Shown: one piece after another, positions 14,499-35,381 of the stretch
How positions within the stretch are numbered: the first letter of the stretch is position 1
Layout: each line of letters opens with the position of its first letter
DNA from: the human T2T-CHM13v2.0 reference genome, Homo sapiens
Strand: one strand, 5' to 3'
DNA: 64,000 bases
Assembly: GCF_009914755.1 (NCBI RefSeq)
Contig: NC_060935.1
Notes under the pieces: generated by a model
What the model saw: only the letters and a program-made list of their open reading frames with translations
Databases searched by the model: none
What the model was told of the DNA's origin: nothing
Program-made: the position numbers and the translations under genes

Positions 14499-14819
14499 TT
14501 ATTAGCCCCCTCAGGGAGCTTTATTCGCTATTTTTCCTAATTGCTCCCTTATGAGGAAATTCAATACCAAAAATATACTGTATATATTTATGTGTACTGA
14601 GGCCATACATCATTGTAATATATAAGTTTTGTTGCTCCCCTGAGAACAAATTGTCTCTTTGGGCATGTCAGGCTCTCATTGAGTATGAATGATTATATGA
14701 CATTAGATGTTTCCAGAGACCAATATTTCCCCAAAACTCAGAGAATCACAGAATAGGTAGATTCATGTCCATGTGTTCTGGGGCCTTGCAAGAATTTGGA
14801 AAGCAGAGAAACGGCATCC

Positions 14820-15827
<1,008 letters not shown>

Positions 15828-16506
15828 TCAGTTTAGGGTTTGCCCATGAGGATCATGAAGCTCTTTCTACCAAATAGGTGCTTCCTTAAAAAAAAACATG
15901 ACTTTAACCTCAAATTCCCTTAACAACTGTGAAGGTTTCAAAGTCAGCTCCATATGCATACTTTGCCCATGGCTCACTGGGTGTCATTTCTCTTTGATTT
16001 GGTGACAGCCTTAGTCCCAAACCCATTCACCCAGTGCTAAAGCCTCGGTTCCACTCGGTCAATTCACACATGTTCACTGAAACAAAAATAAGCAAGCTGA
16101 TTCAAAGAGAAGCTGTCCTTTCACAGAATAGCATTTTACATTTTGCAAATGTCTTCATAAATAACCTTTCATGATAGGCAGGAAAGATTTGGTTTTAGGA
16201 GAAACGGAAAGGAACCAAGTTAACTGAATGCCTACTACTGAATGACGGGTACTTTACAAATACTACCTCATTTACTCCTTATGCTACCTAACAAAGTGTT
16301 ATGCTTCCCAGTTTCCAGAGGAGTAAACTAAAGAAAAATAAAAGATTTGTCGAGGTAACAAAGTAGGAAGAGACAGAATTCCAACCCCAGTGTGCCCTAC
16401 TCCAAAGCTCTTAACATTATCCCACACTGCATTATCATAGACTGCCATGGCATTTCACCACTGAGGATCTCAGGCACAAAGAGGCAAAGTGGCTTTCTCA
16501 AAGTCA

Positions 16507-16910
<404 letters not shown>

Positions 16911-17009
16911 TGAGCAATATAGTTTCTTAGCCTGTGTTCGTCAAGATCCTTCTCAGTCACTCAGACTCAAAGGCCAATACATATAAGTCATGATGTGCAT
17001 TTATCAACT

Positions 17010-18030
<1,021 letters not shown>

Positions 18031-18626
18031 GAATCTTAGGAGAGTTAATTTTGCACAATGTCCTGGTGCTTTGCCAAGCGGGTAGCTCAGTATATGTCAT
18101 TGGGATAAAATGCTGCCCCCATCAGTACATGCTGTGGAGTTCACTGTGCCCATGTGGAATAAACAGACTCAGGAAACAAAGGGTCACATTCTCTGGAGCA
18201 GATGAGAGGCAACGTGTGTTTTGGGTTTGTTTATCCACACGATTTTTTAAGGTTATCACCCTTCCAAAGCTTGTTTTTCCGCAGCCCAAGCACGATGCCT
18301 CCCAGCTGTGCACTGAACTGGGGACCTTCTATCTGTAATATGGTGCCAGATGACTCAGGCAGATGCTTAGGCTGAGTATGACTATTTTCCTCTGAGTTAA
18401 CTTTTGTCATGCTGCCACCATCATAAATTTTATAAGCTATTGAAATTATGGTGTCAGGCTCCAGAAAAAATATATATATATTGAAGTGTTGTGAATGGAA
18501 AATGTATTGGGCTGAAAGTCAAAAACTGACTTCACCACTACCTTGCTGTGTGGTCTCCTACATGTCACTTCAGCCTAACAGGAAATTTACTTTTCTTAAA
18601 TTGATCCAAAAGCAACAAAAGTGTTA

Positions 18627-21206
18627 CTGGTTCTTTGAAAAGATAAATAAAATTGATAGACCATTAGCAAGATTAACCAAGAAAAGAAGAGAAAAAATCC
18701 AAACAACCTCACTAAGAAACGAAACAGGAGATATTACAACTGACACCACTGAAATACAAAAGATCATTCAAGGCTACTATGAACACCTTTACACACATAA
18801 ACTAGAAAACCTAGAAGAGAAGGGTAAATTCCTGGAAAAATACAACCCCCTAGCTTAAATCAGGAAGAATTAGCTACCCTGAACAGACCAATACCAATAA
18901 CAAGCAACAAGATTGAAATGGTTATTTAAAAAATACCAACAAAAAAAGTCCAGGACCAGATGGATTCACAACTTAATTCTACCAGCCACTCAAGGAAGAA
19001 TTGGTACCAATCCTTTTGACAGTATTCCACAAGATAGAAAAAGAAGGAACCCTCCCTAACTCAATCTATGAAGCCAGCATCACCCTAATACCAAAACCAG
19101 GAAAGGACACAACCAAAAAAGAAAACTACAGACTGATATCCTTGATGCATATAGATACTAAAATCCTTAACAAAATACTAGCTAACTAAATCCAACAACA
19201 TATCAAAAAGATAATCCACCATATCAAGTGGATTTCATACCAGGGATGCAGGGATGGTTTAACATACACAGCTCAATAAATGTGATACACCACGTAAACA
19301 GAATTAAAAACAAAAACCACATGATCATCTCAACAGATACAGAAAAAAAAATTCTGCAAAATCCAGCATCCCTTTATGATTAAAACTCTGAGCAAAGTCA
19401 GCATAATGAGGGACATGCCTTAATGTAATAATAGCCATCTATGACCAACCCACAGCCAACATAATACAGAATGGGGAAAAGTTGAAAGCATTCCCTCTGA
19501 GAACTGGAACAAGACAAGGATGCCCACTCTCACCACTCCTCTTCAACATAGTACTGGAAGTCCTAGCCAGAGCAATCAGGCAAGAGAAAGAAATAAAGGG
19601 CATCCACATCAGTAAAGAGGAAGTCAAACTTTCACTGTTTGCTGACAATATGATCTTTTACCTTGAAAACCCTAAAGACTCCTCCAGAAAGCTCCTAGAA
19701 CTGATAAAAGAAATAGCAAAGTTTACAGATACAAGATTAATGTACACAAATCAGTAGCTCTTCTATACAACAACAATGACCAAGCAGAGAATCAAATCGA
19801 GAACTCAACCCCTTTTACAATAGCTACAAAAAAAATAAAATACTTAGGAATATACCTAACCAAGGAGTTGAAAGTCCTCTACAGGGAAAACTACAAAACA
19901 CTGCTGAAATAAATCACAGATGACACAAACAAATGGAAACACATCCCATGCTCATGGATGGGTAGAATCAATATAGTGAAAATGACCATACTGCCCAAAG
20001 CAATCTACAAGTTGAATGCAATCCCCATCAAAATATCACCATCATTCTTCACAAAATTAGAAAAAAAAATTCTAAAATTCGTATGGAATCAAAAAAGAGC
20101 CCGCATACCCAAAGCAAGACTAAGCAAAAAGAACAAAATCTGGAGGCATCACACTACCTGATTTCAAACTATACTATAAGGCCATAGTCCCCAAAACAGC
20201 ATGGTACTGGTATAAAAATAAGCACATAGACCAGTGGAACAGAGTAGAGAACCCAGAAATAAACCCAAACACAGCCAACTGATCTTTGACAAAGCAAACA
20301 AAAACATCAAGTGGGGAAAGGACACCCTTTTCAACAAATGGTGCTGGGATAATTGGCTAGTCACATGTAGGAGGATGAAACTGGATCCTCATCTCTCACT
20401 TTATACAAAAGTCAGCTCAAGATGGATTAAAGACTTAAACCTAAGACCTGAAGCTATAAAAATTCTAGGAGATAACGTCAGAAAAACCCTTCTAGACATC
20501 GGCTTAGGCAAGGATTTCATCACCAAGAACCAGAAAACAAATGCAATAAAAACAAAGATAAATAACTGGGACCTAATTAAACTAAAGAGCTTTTGCACGG
20601 CCAAAGGAACAGCTGGCAGAGTAAACAGACAACCCACAGAATGGGAGAAAATCTTCACAATCTATACATCTGACAAAGGCCTAATATCCAGAATCTGTAA
20701 CAAACTCAAACAGATCAGTAAGAAAAAAAAAAACAATCCCATCAAAAAGTGGGCTAAGGACATTAATAGACAATTCTCAAAAGAAGATATACAAATGGCC
20801 AATAACCATATGAAAAAATGCTCAACATCACTAACGATCAGGGAAATGCAAATCAAAACCACAATTCGATACCACATTACTCCTGCACGAATGGCCATAT
20901 CAAAAAATAAAAAAACCGTAGTTGTTGGCATAGATGCGGTGAATAGGGAACACTTCTACACTGCTGGTGGGAATGTAAACTTTCACAGCCGCTATGGAAA
21001 ACAGTGTGGATATTCCTTAAAGAACTAAAAGTAGAACTACCATTTGATCCAGCAATCCCACTACTGGATATCTACCTAAAGGAAAATAAGTCATTATTCA
21101 AAAAAGACATGGGCACACGCATGTTTATAGCAGCTCAATTCACAATTGCAAAATCATGGAACCAACCCAAATGCCCATCAATCAACGAGTGAATAAAGAA
21201 ACTGTG

Positions 21207-21238
<32 letters not shown>

Positions 21239-21890
21239 AAATATTATATATATATAATATATAAAATATTTTATATATTATATATAATATATAGTATTTA
21301 TATATAATATGTATTATATATAGTATTTATGTATAATATATAATATATAGTATTTATATATTATATATAATATACTATTTATATAATATATATATTTATA
21401 TATTATATATAATATAATATATATAATATAATATATAAAATATATATATTTATATAAAATATTTTATATATTATATATAAATATATATATTTGTGTGTGT
21501 GTGTGTGTATAGTCCACCACATATACAATGGAATACTATGCAGCCATAAAAAGGAATGAATTAACAGCATTTGCAGTGACCTGGATGAGATTGGGGAATA
21601 TTGCTCTAAGTGAAGTAACTCAGGAATGAAAAACCAAACATCGTATGTTCTCACTGATACATGGGAGCTAAGCTATGAGGACACAAAGGCATAAGAATGA
21701 CACAATGGACTTTGGGGACTTGGGGGGAAGAGTGGGAGGGGCGAGGTATAAAAGACTACAAATATGGTGTAGTGTATACTGCTCGAGTGATGGGTGCACC
21801 AAAATCTCACAAATCACCACTAAAGAGCTTACTCATGTAACCAAATACCACCTGTACCCCAATAACTTATGGAAAAATAAAATAAAGAAA
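18627..21890 (+). mobile_element. 5'-truncated L1PB (L1PB1-like), decayed ORF2 and 3'UTR
   Basis: ORF2 RT peptides ([34 protein letters not shown]) in broken frames; L1PB-type 3' end gggtgcaccaaaatctcacaaatcaccactaaag. Confidence 0.92.
21207..21510. repeat. AT-rich low-complexity expansion plus (TG)n inside the L1PB
   Basis: About 285 bp of almost pure A/T expanded at the L1 'TATATA' site. Confidence 0.95.
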
Positions 21891-21994
21891 AATATAGATA
21901 AATTGGACAAATTCTTCATAAGACACAAATTACCAAAACTGACATAAGAAGATTATTTTGTCTAAACAGCTCTTTATCTGTTCAAAAAATTGAT

Positions 21995-23712
<1,718 letters not shown>

Positions 23713-23714
23713 AA

Positions 23715-26100
<2,386 letters not shown>

Positions 26101-26194
26101 AAATGAAATTTTCTTGAATATATATATTTTTCTTGACTATTATACATCTAAAAAATTATTTCCGTTCTTACATATACTTGTTATATATTCTGTT

Positions 26195-26278
26195 CTCTCT
26201 CTCTATATATATATATACACATATATATACACATATATATACACATATATATACACACATATATACACATATATATAT
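26195..26278. repeat. Compound (CT)n(AT)n(ATATATACAC)n microsatellite
   Basis: Seen directly. Confidence 0.9.
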
Positions 26279-26320
26279 CTTGGTGGGAGGTGTATATGTT
26301 TCCAACGCTTCTCTTCAGTC

Positions 26321-26552
<232 letters not shown>

Positions 26553-27894
26553 GTCTTTTATACAGCTGCAAGAATGATCCTGTATGATTATGTCAGTGCT
26601 CTGTTTAAACCCTGCAATTTCACTCAGAATAAAAATAAAATTTTCATAATGGACTACTCATTCTTTATAATCTTGACATCAACTGTTAAGCACTGGTCTT
26701 TTTGATGTTCCAAAAACATGCTGCCTCTCACCTTAATACCCTTGTGTAAAACGCAGTTCCTATCCATTGCCACCTATCTCACTGCCTACCTAGTGGTTTT
26801 TGTTCTGTTTCCACCAACATACTCTATACATTTTACTGATTTACTTTATTTATTACCTGAGCTATCCCACTAGAATAGTAGCTCCATGAGGACAGGATTT
26901 GGGTCTGTTTTATTCACTGCTGTACTTTCAGTTCCTTGGGTATAAAATAGACTCTCGAGAAGTAATTGTGGTGTAAACAGGTTTTTACACTTTTCTGTGT
27001 ATTTGATATAAATCACAGATGCCAGAGAGCTTATATAATCACTAAGTCCCTGTGTCACATGAATGCCATTACTCCATCCTATTCACATATTAATTCTTGT
27101 TTCCAATTAAATTTAAAGCTCTATTCCCCAGTACTAAAATTCCAAAACAGATTCAGATTTGTCTGGATCCAATTCATCCTTCTCACCTTCACTGAAAGAC
27201 ATCAACTCCCCTCAGACTCATTGCCTATTTAATACATCTGAATCAGGAGTCTCCACACATGTAACACAATTCACCATAAAGCTTGTAGGTAAAGTACATT
27301 CTTGTTCTTTTTATTAATTGATTATCTTCCTTTCCTTGTATCTGCTGCTTCTCACTCAAGTCAGACGTTAATGACTGAGACAGAAGAGGATGGAGACAAA
27401 GGTCCATTCAGTCTGCTACTCCAGAACCAGGTTAGTGAGACCCAGAAAAAGGCAAAAAAAAAAAAACCACCAAGCATTATCCATCTCAACATGCATGTTC
27501 AGTCTCCTGCTGTTCTTTGTAGACTAGTTTAATGTAATAAAACACAAATAAGTTCAAACTCATTGTCATTCTGGAAAGAGTGGAGGTGGATTCTATAGAA
27601 AATCAAAGCTTTCAATAAATTGAGTTAGGCTAAAATAAGTATTGCATTTATGTGAACAGTTTTATTATCTTACACTGACCCATCTGTCTCCCAACTGAAA
27701 GAGTCCACATAAGTAGTGTTGGAAAGAGGAAAATATATATTCCCCAAATATCACTTAAGTTGTTTCTGTTTATATGGACATTTATTAAAACATCATGGTC
27801 ATACTCAAATGAGATGGACAGTAAGTAAGTGTGTGTGTGTGTGTGTGTGTGTGTAAAACAAAAAAATGCATCGTGGGGCTATATTCACTCTGTG

Positions 27895-28520
27895 TTTAAT
27901 TAGAAACTGGACTGGAAGCAAATTACTTTAGGTCCAGTTCTCCTAGGTTTTTGGCAACCTAATTGGAACCTACAGGTAGATGATGTCCTCTGAGCCTTGC
28001 AAGCTGTGAAAATTGGGCTCAAAGTCTCTCTGGCATAGCACTTGACATGTATTAACAAATTTCTTATTGAACTGTGGTTAAGGAGATAGGTTTCCTCTAT
28101 TGCCTCTAGAGAATTTGGCCACCAACCAAAATGTACCCATATGTGTCTGTGTATACATGGTATGCTTTGGTAACATTTTAATAACTCCCATTGAAACTCC
28201 CTTACCAACAGCAAAATCAGCCACTTGACTTCTCTGTTGTCCAATAACATTCTCTTTCCAATTCATAAATTAAGCATGAGCCTCAGAGGTTTGAACATAA
28301 GTCAAGGACACAATGGAAAAACTTTAAAAGATATGGTTCTTTGAATCTGACTTTTCTCTCCAAAAGCAGAGCAAAGACACTGCGATATTTAGCATAGCAA
28401 AGGGCTTAACTTTTAAACAAGATTTTCAAGAATTAATGCCAGTAGTCTTCTGTTATGCACTATATCTAATAGCATCAAATTTGTAGTTGGAGTTTTGGGA
28501 TCAAAGGAACTAGGTAAAGA
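27895..28520 (+). promoter_or_regulatory. Putative OR4D10 promoter/first-exon module (copy 3)
   Basis: TAATTA at 27897, AACATTTTAATAACTCCCATTGAA at 28172-28195, O/E-like CCTCAGAGG at 28281, donor tag|gtaaag at 28514. Confidence 0.65.
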
Positions 28521-29644
28521 CAAACTTCTAGCTAAGGTTAAGGTTATGCATAGTGAAACAGATGTTTTTATTGATTATGTATGACTAATTTAACTTTGAA
28601 TATTTTTCAGGTATATCAAATGCTTCAGAGTTAAAATAATCATCTCAATGACAGAAACAACAAAGGTGGGTGTTAAACATTGGAAAAAATGATATTGTGT
28701 TAAGGGAGATGCTGGAAATGTGATCCATTTGGTGTGAGAGGAGGCATCATGCATTCACTGTGACCCTTTGAGTTGCTTATGTGTGAGGCCACCTCAGCCT
28801 AAGGTCAATGCAAAAGGGTTTCCAGAGTGGCTTTCTGCCAAATGCTTACCTTCGGAAAGACTTTTTCAAATGCTTTTCTGATACAAAGTTTCAACCTGTA
28901 GTGACTGAACTTGGGGAAAAAATGAAATATTGTGTCTTCCATACTGTTTCCATACCTTCCATTTCATACGTTCTTTCTTCACGCAACAAAGATTCATGCT
29001 ATATTCCATATGAAAGACAAGATTTACACTAGTGCAGACTTACCTAATGGGTGGTGGTGACAAATAAATCAAGTTTTTATACCACTTCATATATACAAAG
29101 GACTCAAATACTGGATTTTGTTACTGACAGAAATGATCATATCTCCTACCACAGGTGATGTGCCAACCAAATCTTCTCTTACAACACGTCTCACTTTTTA
29201 TCGTGTATCATCTTCACTTATTTGCACAAATCTTCCATTTCTGTTGGTCTGTAAACACTTTAGAAATGTGGCCCAACTTATTTGTATACATTTGAAGATT
29301 GCGATATATGTCCACCGGCTATGTATAAGGTGGCGTGAATAATAATTATAAAATTTATTCCAAATGACCAATGACAGCTTATAAACATAGGCATTATTCG
29401 AAAGATGACAATATCTCTCATTGCTGTGTGATCCCTCCACCCTCTAAGCTTTGATCCAAAGAGGGATAGAGCAGAAGAAAGTGTGATGATACAGTATCCG
29501 CTGCCTCCCAGAAAGGGGTCACTGTCTTTTTCTCACCCCAACACTCAAGCAAGATCCATAACCTTTCATCACCACTTTCCAGAACACCCCACTCCATGTA
29601 ATACTAGAAGTTCATGGATCAGAGTTGAGAGTAAAGAAGTCCAA

Positions 29645-29990
<346 letters not shown>

Positions 29991-31262
29991 CTACCATGGA
30001 TGAACATTTCAGGCTTTCCTATCCTGATTAGGAGAACAAGAAGCTCAGCAGGCTTAAACCATTCATTCACCAACCAAACGATACCTAGGCACCATTGAAT
30101 GTAATAATAAATCTTTTATTAATGAGGTTTCTGTTACTAATAAAAACCTCCTTCCATTCCACTCTTCCTCCCTCTGTACTAACCACGCTGCATTTTCCAA
30201 TGTTCTCTGTATAAGCATGTCATCTTCACCACCGACTGACGTTTTACGGGCTGTTTCCTTTGCATGATACATCCTGTTTCTGTTTCCTGGAAATTCATCT
30301 AAATTGAGGGAAAACTTCCCCTCCTCTAGGAAGGCTTCCCGCACTAGTCTCAGCTAGAGCGCTGCTGTGCTTCCACAGCACTATATTGGTACCAGCATCA
30401 TCTCCCATGTGTGATTATGCACTTACATGTTTATATTTTCCATCAGAGCGAAAATTGCTCCAGAGTAAGAACTTTGCTGTGGTCATGTGAATATTGCTAT
30501 TACTAGCAGAATCCCAGCCACACTATAGGGATTACAAAATGTGTGCCGAAGGACTGAAGGATTCATTGGCTAAACAAAAGCCTTCTCACTGGCCTAATAA
30601 ATAGAGGGTCAGGAATGTAATCAAATCCAACATTAAGGAGGCATGTTCCATTTTAATGACATCAATTTCTGCAGCACAGTCTTATCGGAGGTGCTGCAGA
30701 GGTGTGGAATATTGGGCTGAACCTATGCTGATCGAAACTTACCTGAAAATTTTATAATTTTTTAAACAGTTCATCTGAGACTGTTTTTCTGCCACCTTTA
30801 CCCTAAAGTAAATGGGAAGAAACAACTGATCAACTGAATGCTTAAACAATGATCATATGTTGTAACACATGTAATGTTGTAAGCTTTGGAGGTAAACAGA
30901 ATCACATCCTAAGTTCAGTTCCAGCACTTACTACTGCTGTGAGTTTGAGAAAATGAGCCTACCTTTCTGAAGATCGTTTCTTTATCTGTGGGGAGAAATT
31001 TTTTTAAGAAATCTTCTTTATAGGAATACATAAGAGAATAATTCACAAGACACATTTACTCTTGGGGTATGGAGATTGCAGGGACGTCAACGCTCTCCAG
31101 CTGATTTTCTCCCAGACACATGCAGTAGGTGAAGATAGGTTCTACTGTTGGTGAAGACAGGAAAGGTGAAGGAAAAACAGGACAGGAGGTTAGACCTTTC
31201 AACAAAGCCTGAAATTGAGCATCAACATTCAAACCCCAGGGTCTATACCCTCACTCAGTCTA

Positions 31263-31464
31263 CTTTTCTCTTTTCTGAGACAGGGTCTCACTCTGTCACC
31301 CAGGCTGGAGTGCAGGGTGCAATCATGCCTCACTGCAGCCTGGACTTCCGGGGCTCAAGTGATCCTCCCACTTCAGCTTCCTAAGTAGCTGGGACCACAG
31401 GTGTATGCCACCACGCATGGCTAATTTTTTTTATTTTTTGTAGTCATAGGGTCTCCCTATGTTG
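31263..31464 (-). mobile_element. Truncated AluJ
   Basis: Reverse Alu; TSD cctcactca(g/a)tct. Confidence 0.8.
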
Positions 31465-32306
31465 CCTCACTCAATCTTGTATTCTCTCAGGTGAATCTTT
31501 CCCTTGACGCAGATTCCTACTCATCTCTGCTGACTCCAACTGTTATTACCCACACAGAATCCATCTGACACAGGGCAGAGTGGAGGAGTCAGAGCCCCAG
31601 TCATTCAGCTAGTTGATGGCAGAATAAGGACCGATGGAACCAATGCTCCAAGCTCCCCAATCCAGAGCTCTCTTCACTACATCCCCCTGCCTCTCTCAGC
31701 AGCGAAATTCTTCCTTTGGGGGAAAAAAAAATCACCTTTCAGATTTTCAAAACTTCTGTTGGTTCCTATCAAAATGTATTCCTGTACAGGGCAAAAAAAA
31801 ACTGATAATAATAATAGTGACCATAAACCAGGAGCAGCCACAACATTAAAAAAAAAACCTGGTACTTTCACTTCTGTCTTTTGAGAAAGCCAGAACTTTT
31901 GACCTCCAAAGCAGTATAAGTGACAAGAAAAGATGAAAAGATTTCCTTAAAGCAGAATAAAGGGAGGAAAGATTTATTACATTGGGAGTTTTGTACCAAA
32001 AACATCAAATTAAATATGGGTAATTGATTTTTTAAAATACACTATGTCACTACTTAACATATTTTCTTTCCCAAAGTAGTTCTATAGGAGAAGAATTATT
32101 GAATGACTTTACATATGATAATTTGATTTTATCACCAGACTAACTGAAATCTGAAAAACGTGAACAATGCAACAAACTGCAAAAACTACAACCGCATGGG
32201 AAGTTTCTGCACTGCATTCTAGGTGTTTAGGAAGACAACAAAATAAATATCCCAGTGCTTTCACATGACATGGTTTAAAACCAAAGAGAATAAAGAGGAT
32301 GATTGA

Positions 32307-33242
32307 ATGGAGATGGAAAACTGCACCAGGGTAAAAGAATTTATTTTCCTTGGCCTGACCCAGAATCGGGAAGTGAGCTTAGTCTTATTTCTTTTCCTAC
32401 TCTTGGTGTATGTGACAACTTTGCTGGGAAACCTCCTCATCATGGTCACTGTTACCTGTGAATCTCGCCTTCACACGCCCATGTATTTTTTGCTCCATAA
32501 TTTATCTATTGCCGATATCTGCTTCTCTTCCATCACAGTGCCCAAGGTTCTGGTGGACCTTCTGTCTGAAAGAAAGACCATCTCCTTCAATCATTGCTTC
32601 ACTCAGATGTTTCTATTCCACCTTATTGGAGGGGTGGATGTATTTTCTCTTTCGGTGATGGCATTGGATCGATATGTGGCCATCTCCAAGCCCCTGCACT
32701 ATGCGACTATCATGAGTAGAGACCATTGCATTGGGCTCACAGTGGCTGCCTGGTTGGGGGGCTTTGTCCACTCCATCGTGCAGATTTCCCTGTTGCTCCC
32801 ACTCCCTTTCTGCGGACCCAATGTTCTTGACACTTTCTACTGTGATGTCCACCGGGTCCTCAAACTGGCCCATACAGACATTTTCATACTTGAACTACTA
32901 ATGATTTCCAACAATGGACTGCTCACCACACTGTGGTTTTTCCTGCTCCTGGTGTCCTACATAGTCATATTATCATTACCCAAGTCTCAGGCAGGAGAGG
33001 GCAGGAGGAAAGCCATCTCCACCTGCACCTCCCACATCACTGTGGTGACCCTGCATTTCGTGCCCTGCATCTATGTCTATGCCCGGCCCTTCACTGCCCT
33101 CCCCATGGATAAGGCCATCTCTGTCACCTTCACTGTCATCTCCCCTCTGCTCAACCCCTTGATCTACACTCTGAGGAACCATGAGATGAAGTCAGCCATG
33201 AGGAGACTGAAGAGAAGACTTGTGCCTTCTGATAGAAAATAG
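32307..33242 (+). CDS. OR4D10: Olfactory receptor 4D10 (311 aa)
   Basis: Intact ORF with [45 protein letters not shown]; [12 protein letters not shown] start recognised as OR4D10. Confidence 0.93.
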   Translation: MEMENCTRVKEFIFLGLTQNREVSLVLFLFLLLVYVTTLLGNLLIMVTVTCESRLHTPMYFLLHNLSIADICFSSITVPKVLVDLLSERKTISFNHCFTQMFLFHLIGGVDVFSLSVMALDRYVAISKPLHYATIMSRDHCIGLTVAAWLGGFVHSIVQISLLLPLPFCGPNVLDTFYCDVHRVLKLAHTDIFILELLMISNNGLLTTLWFFLLLVSYIVILSLPKSQAGEGRRKAISTCTSHITVVTLHFVPCIYVYARPFTALPMDKAISVTFTVISPLLNPLIYTLRNHEMKSAMRRLKRRLVPSDRK

Positions 33243-35064
33243 AAAAAAAAATCCTCAGCTCTTCATCACCAAAGATATCTTATATTTATTATTTTTCCCA
33301 TGAAGTCATATTCATATATTCAAATATATTGTCAAACCAACTACACTTAGTAATAATTAATTTTTCTATTTATGTTAGTAAGTAACTGATAAGCTTCTGG
33401 TCAGGGAGAGATTCACACCTTCTAATTGAAAATAAACCAGAGCTCCCTCCTCTTTACCACCAAGATTTTGTTTCATGATTTTTCTTCCATGGACTCCAAG
33501 TTCTGAAAGTGTTGCCTGCTGAATTGAATATATTTATTTAGTGATTGCTAAGTATTTGTTTTATTTTCATAAGTAATACATAAAATTATATATATACCTA
33601 GCAAATGCATATTATATATAGTAAATCTTCTTATCTGCATTTAGTTGACATAAATATTAATAATTTAAACAGAGCCTTTGTGATTCAGAAAAGAGAGGGA
33701 AAATTGTTAGCAAATGTGTATATGATTTTGCAGTCCAATTTTAAAGAAAAATTAAGCCAAATGCACGCAGACATTATCATTACCTTTCTGCTCCTATTAC
33801 AGTAAATGAAGGTGTGGGGTGTATCTGAAACACAATGGAGTTTGGGGATTGACTTTCTGTATAATTTTCATAAGGTAAACGTATCCTACATGATCCTTAT
33901 GATGGGCAAGGTCATTACCTTGCCCTTTCTTGAACCCCAAGCTCACTGGCCACCCTACCGCATTTCCTTGGCACTCTGTGCTTAGGGTTAGCATTGCACT
34001 CAGGACTCTATTTTGAAATTTCCTATTTTCTTGTCTCTTTCTCTTACTGGGCAGTGACTTCCCCAGGAGCAGGGATTATGTTTTATTTACTGTCACAGCA
34101 GCTAAAACATACTAAGACTTCAACAATATGTTGCTGAATAAATAGCTCAATGATTGAATGTTTTCACTTACTTGATATACTCTGTGGCCTGTGAGTTTCT
34201 ACAAATGACAAAAACACATTAAGCTACTTTAAGCTATGCATATACATATATAAAGCTTGGAAAAAAGTGAAAAATGATTATTTTACACATTGCTGCAATT
34301 ATGTTTTTAGCTGTTCACTTAATATTTTTTATAGGGATCTGGAGTTCTTATTGAAACTGGAATTCTTTCTGTATCTGATACTAATATTGTCCCACAACCT
34401 AGACATGCAAGAAATGTAACGTTTTAAAATTTTATATAACTTGATTTCTATTTCAAGCTTCCATTCAGTTGTGGTGGCTGGAAATTTAATCTTTCATTAC
34501 GAAGTTCCCTTAATGGTTTCTGAGTTCCAGGGAAAGAGAGTGGGAACTAGGGATAAAAGGTGATACATCATTATATAAAGGTAAATTCTTTCCTGAACCA
34601 ATAGTGGCAGTGTTCATGAACTAAGTACAATTGTCTCTGCCTTTCATGTTCACAAGCAAAAAGAATCTGCTAACATATTTCTTACAGATTAAAGAAAAAT
34701 GTGATTACCTCAGTAAATATAGAAAAGCACTTGATAATATTCAACACCAATTTATGGCCAAAACTCATAAATAAATAAAGAAAAGAAGCATTCTTTCTTA
34801 ACCTAATAAAAAGTCAATATAAATATTATAACACAAATTATATGTTATGGTAAAATGGAAGCAATCCATTTAAGTGCTACCTTATATTCCCACTCCAATC
34901 AACACTCTACTTTTCACAACAGAGACACAGAAAACCTTTGAACTCAATTCCTGATGTAATTCAGGACATTGCACAATTAAATTATGTATCTGACTTCTAT
35001 GAGGTCAGCCCTATGGCAATAAGAAATACATAAGTAGCTGAAGACTTGCATAAAAGCTCTCTGG

Positions 35065-35381
<317 letters not shown>

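Noticed and set aside
18050-18460. Unique, relatively GC-richer stretch examined as a possible remnant of a lost OR coding exon
   Set aside because: No OR motifs found by eye or in the ORF track; a tblastn search would be needed to exclude it fully.
18448-21192. Reverse-transcriptase-like ORFs that might suggest a novel RT system
   Set aside because: Frameshifted LINE-1 ORF2 from a truncated L1PB; the catalytic FADD reads FADN.
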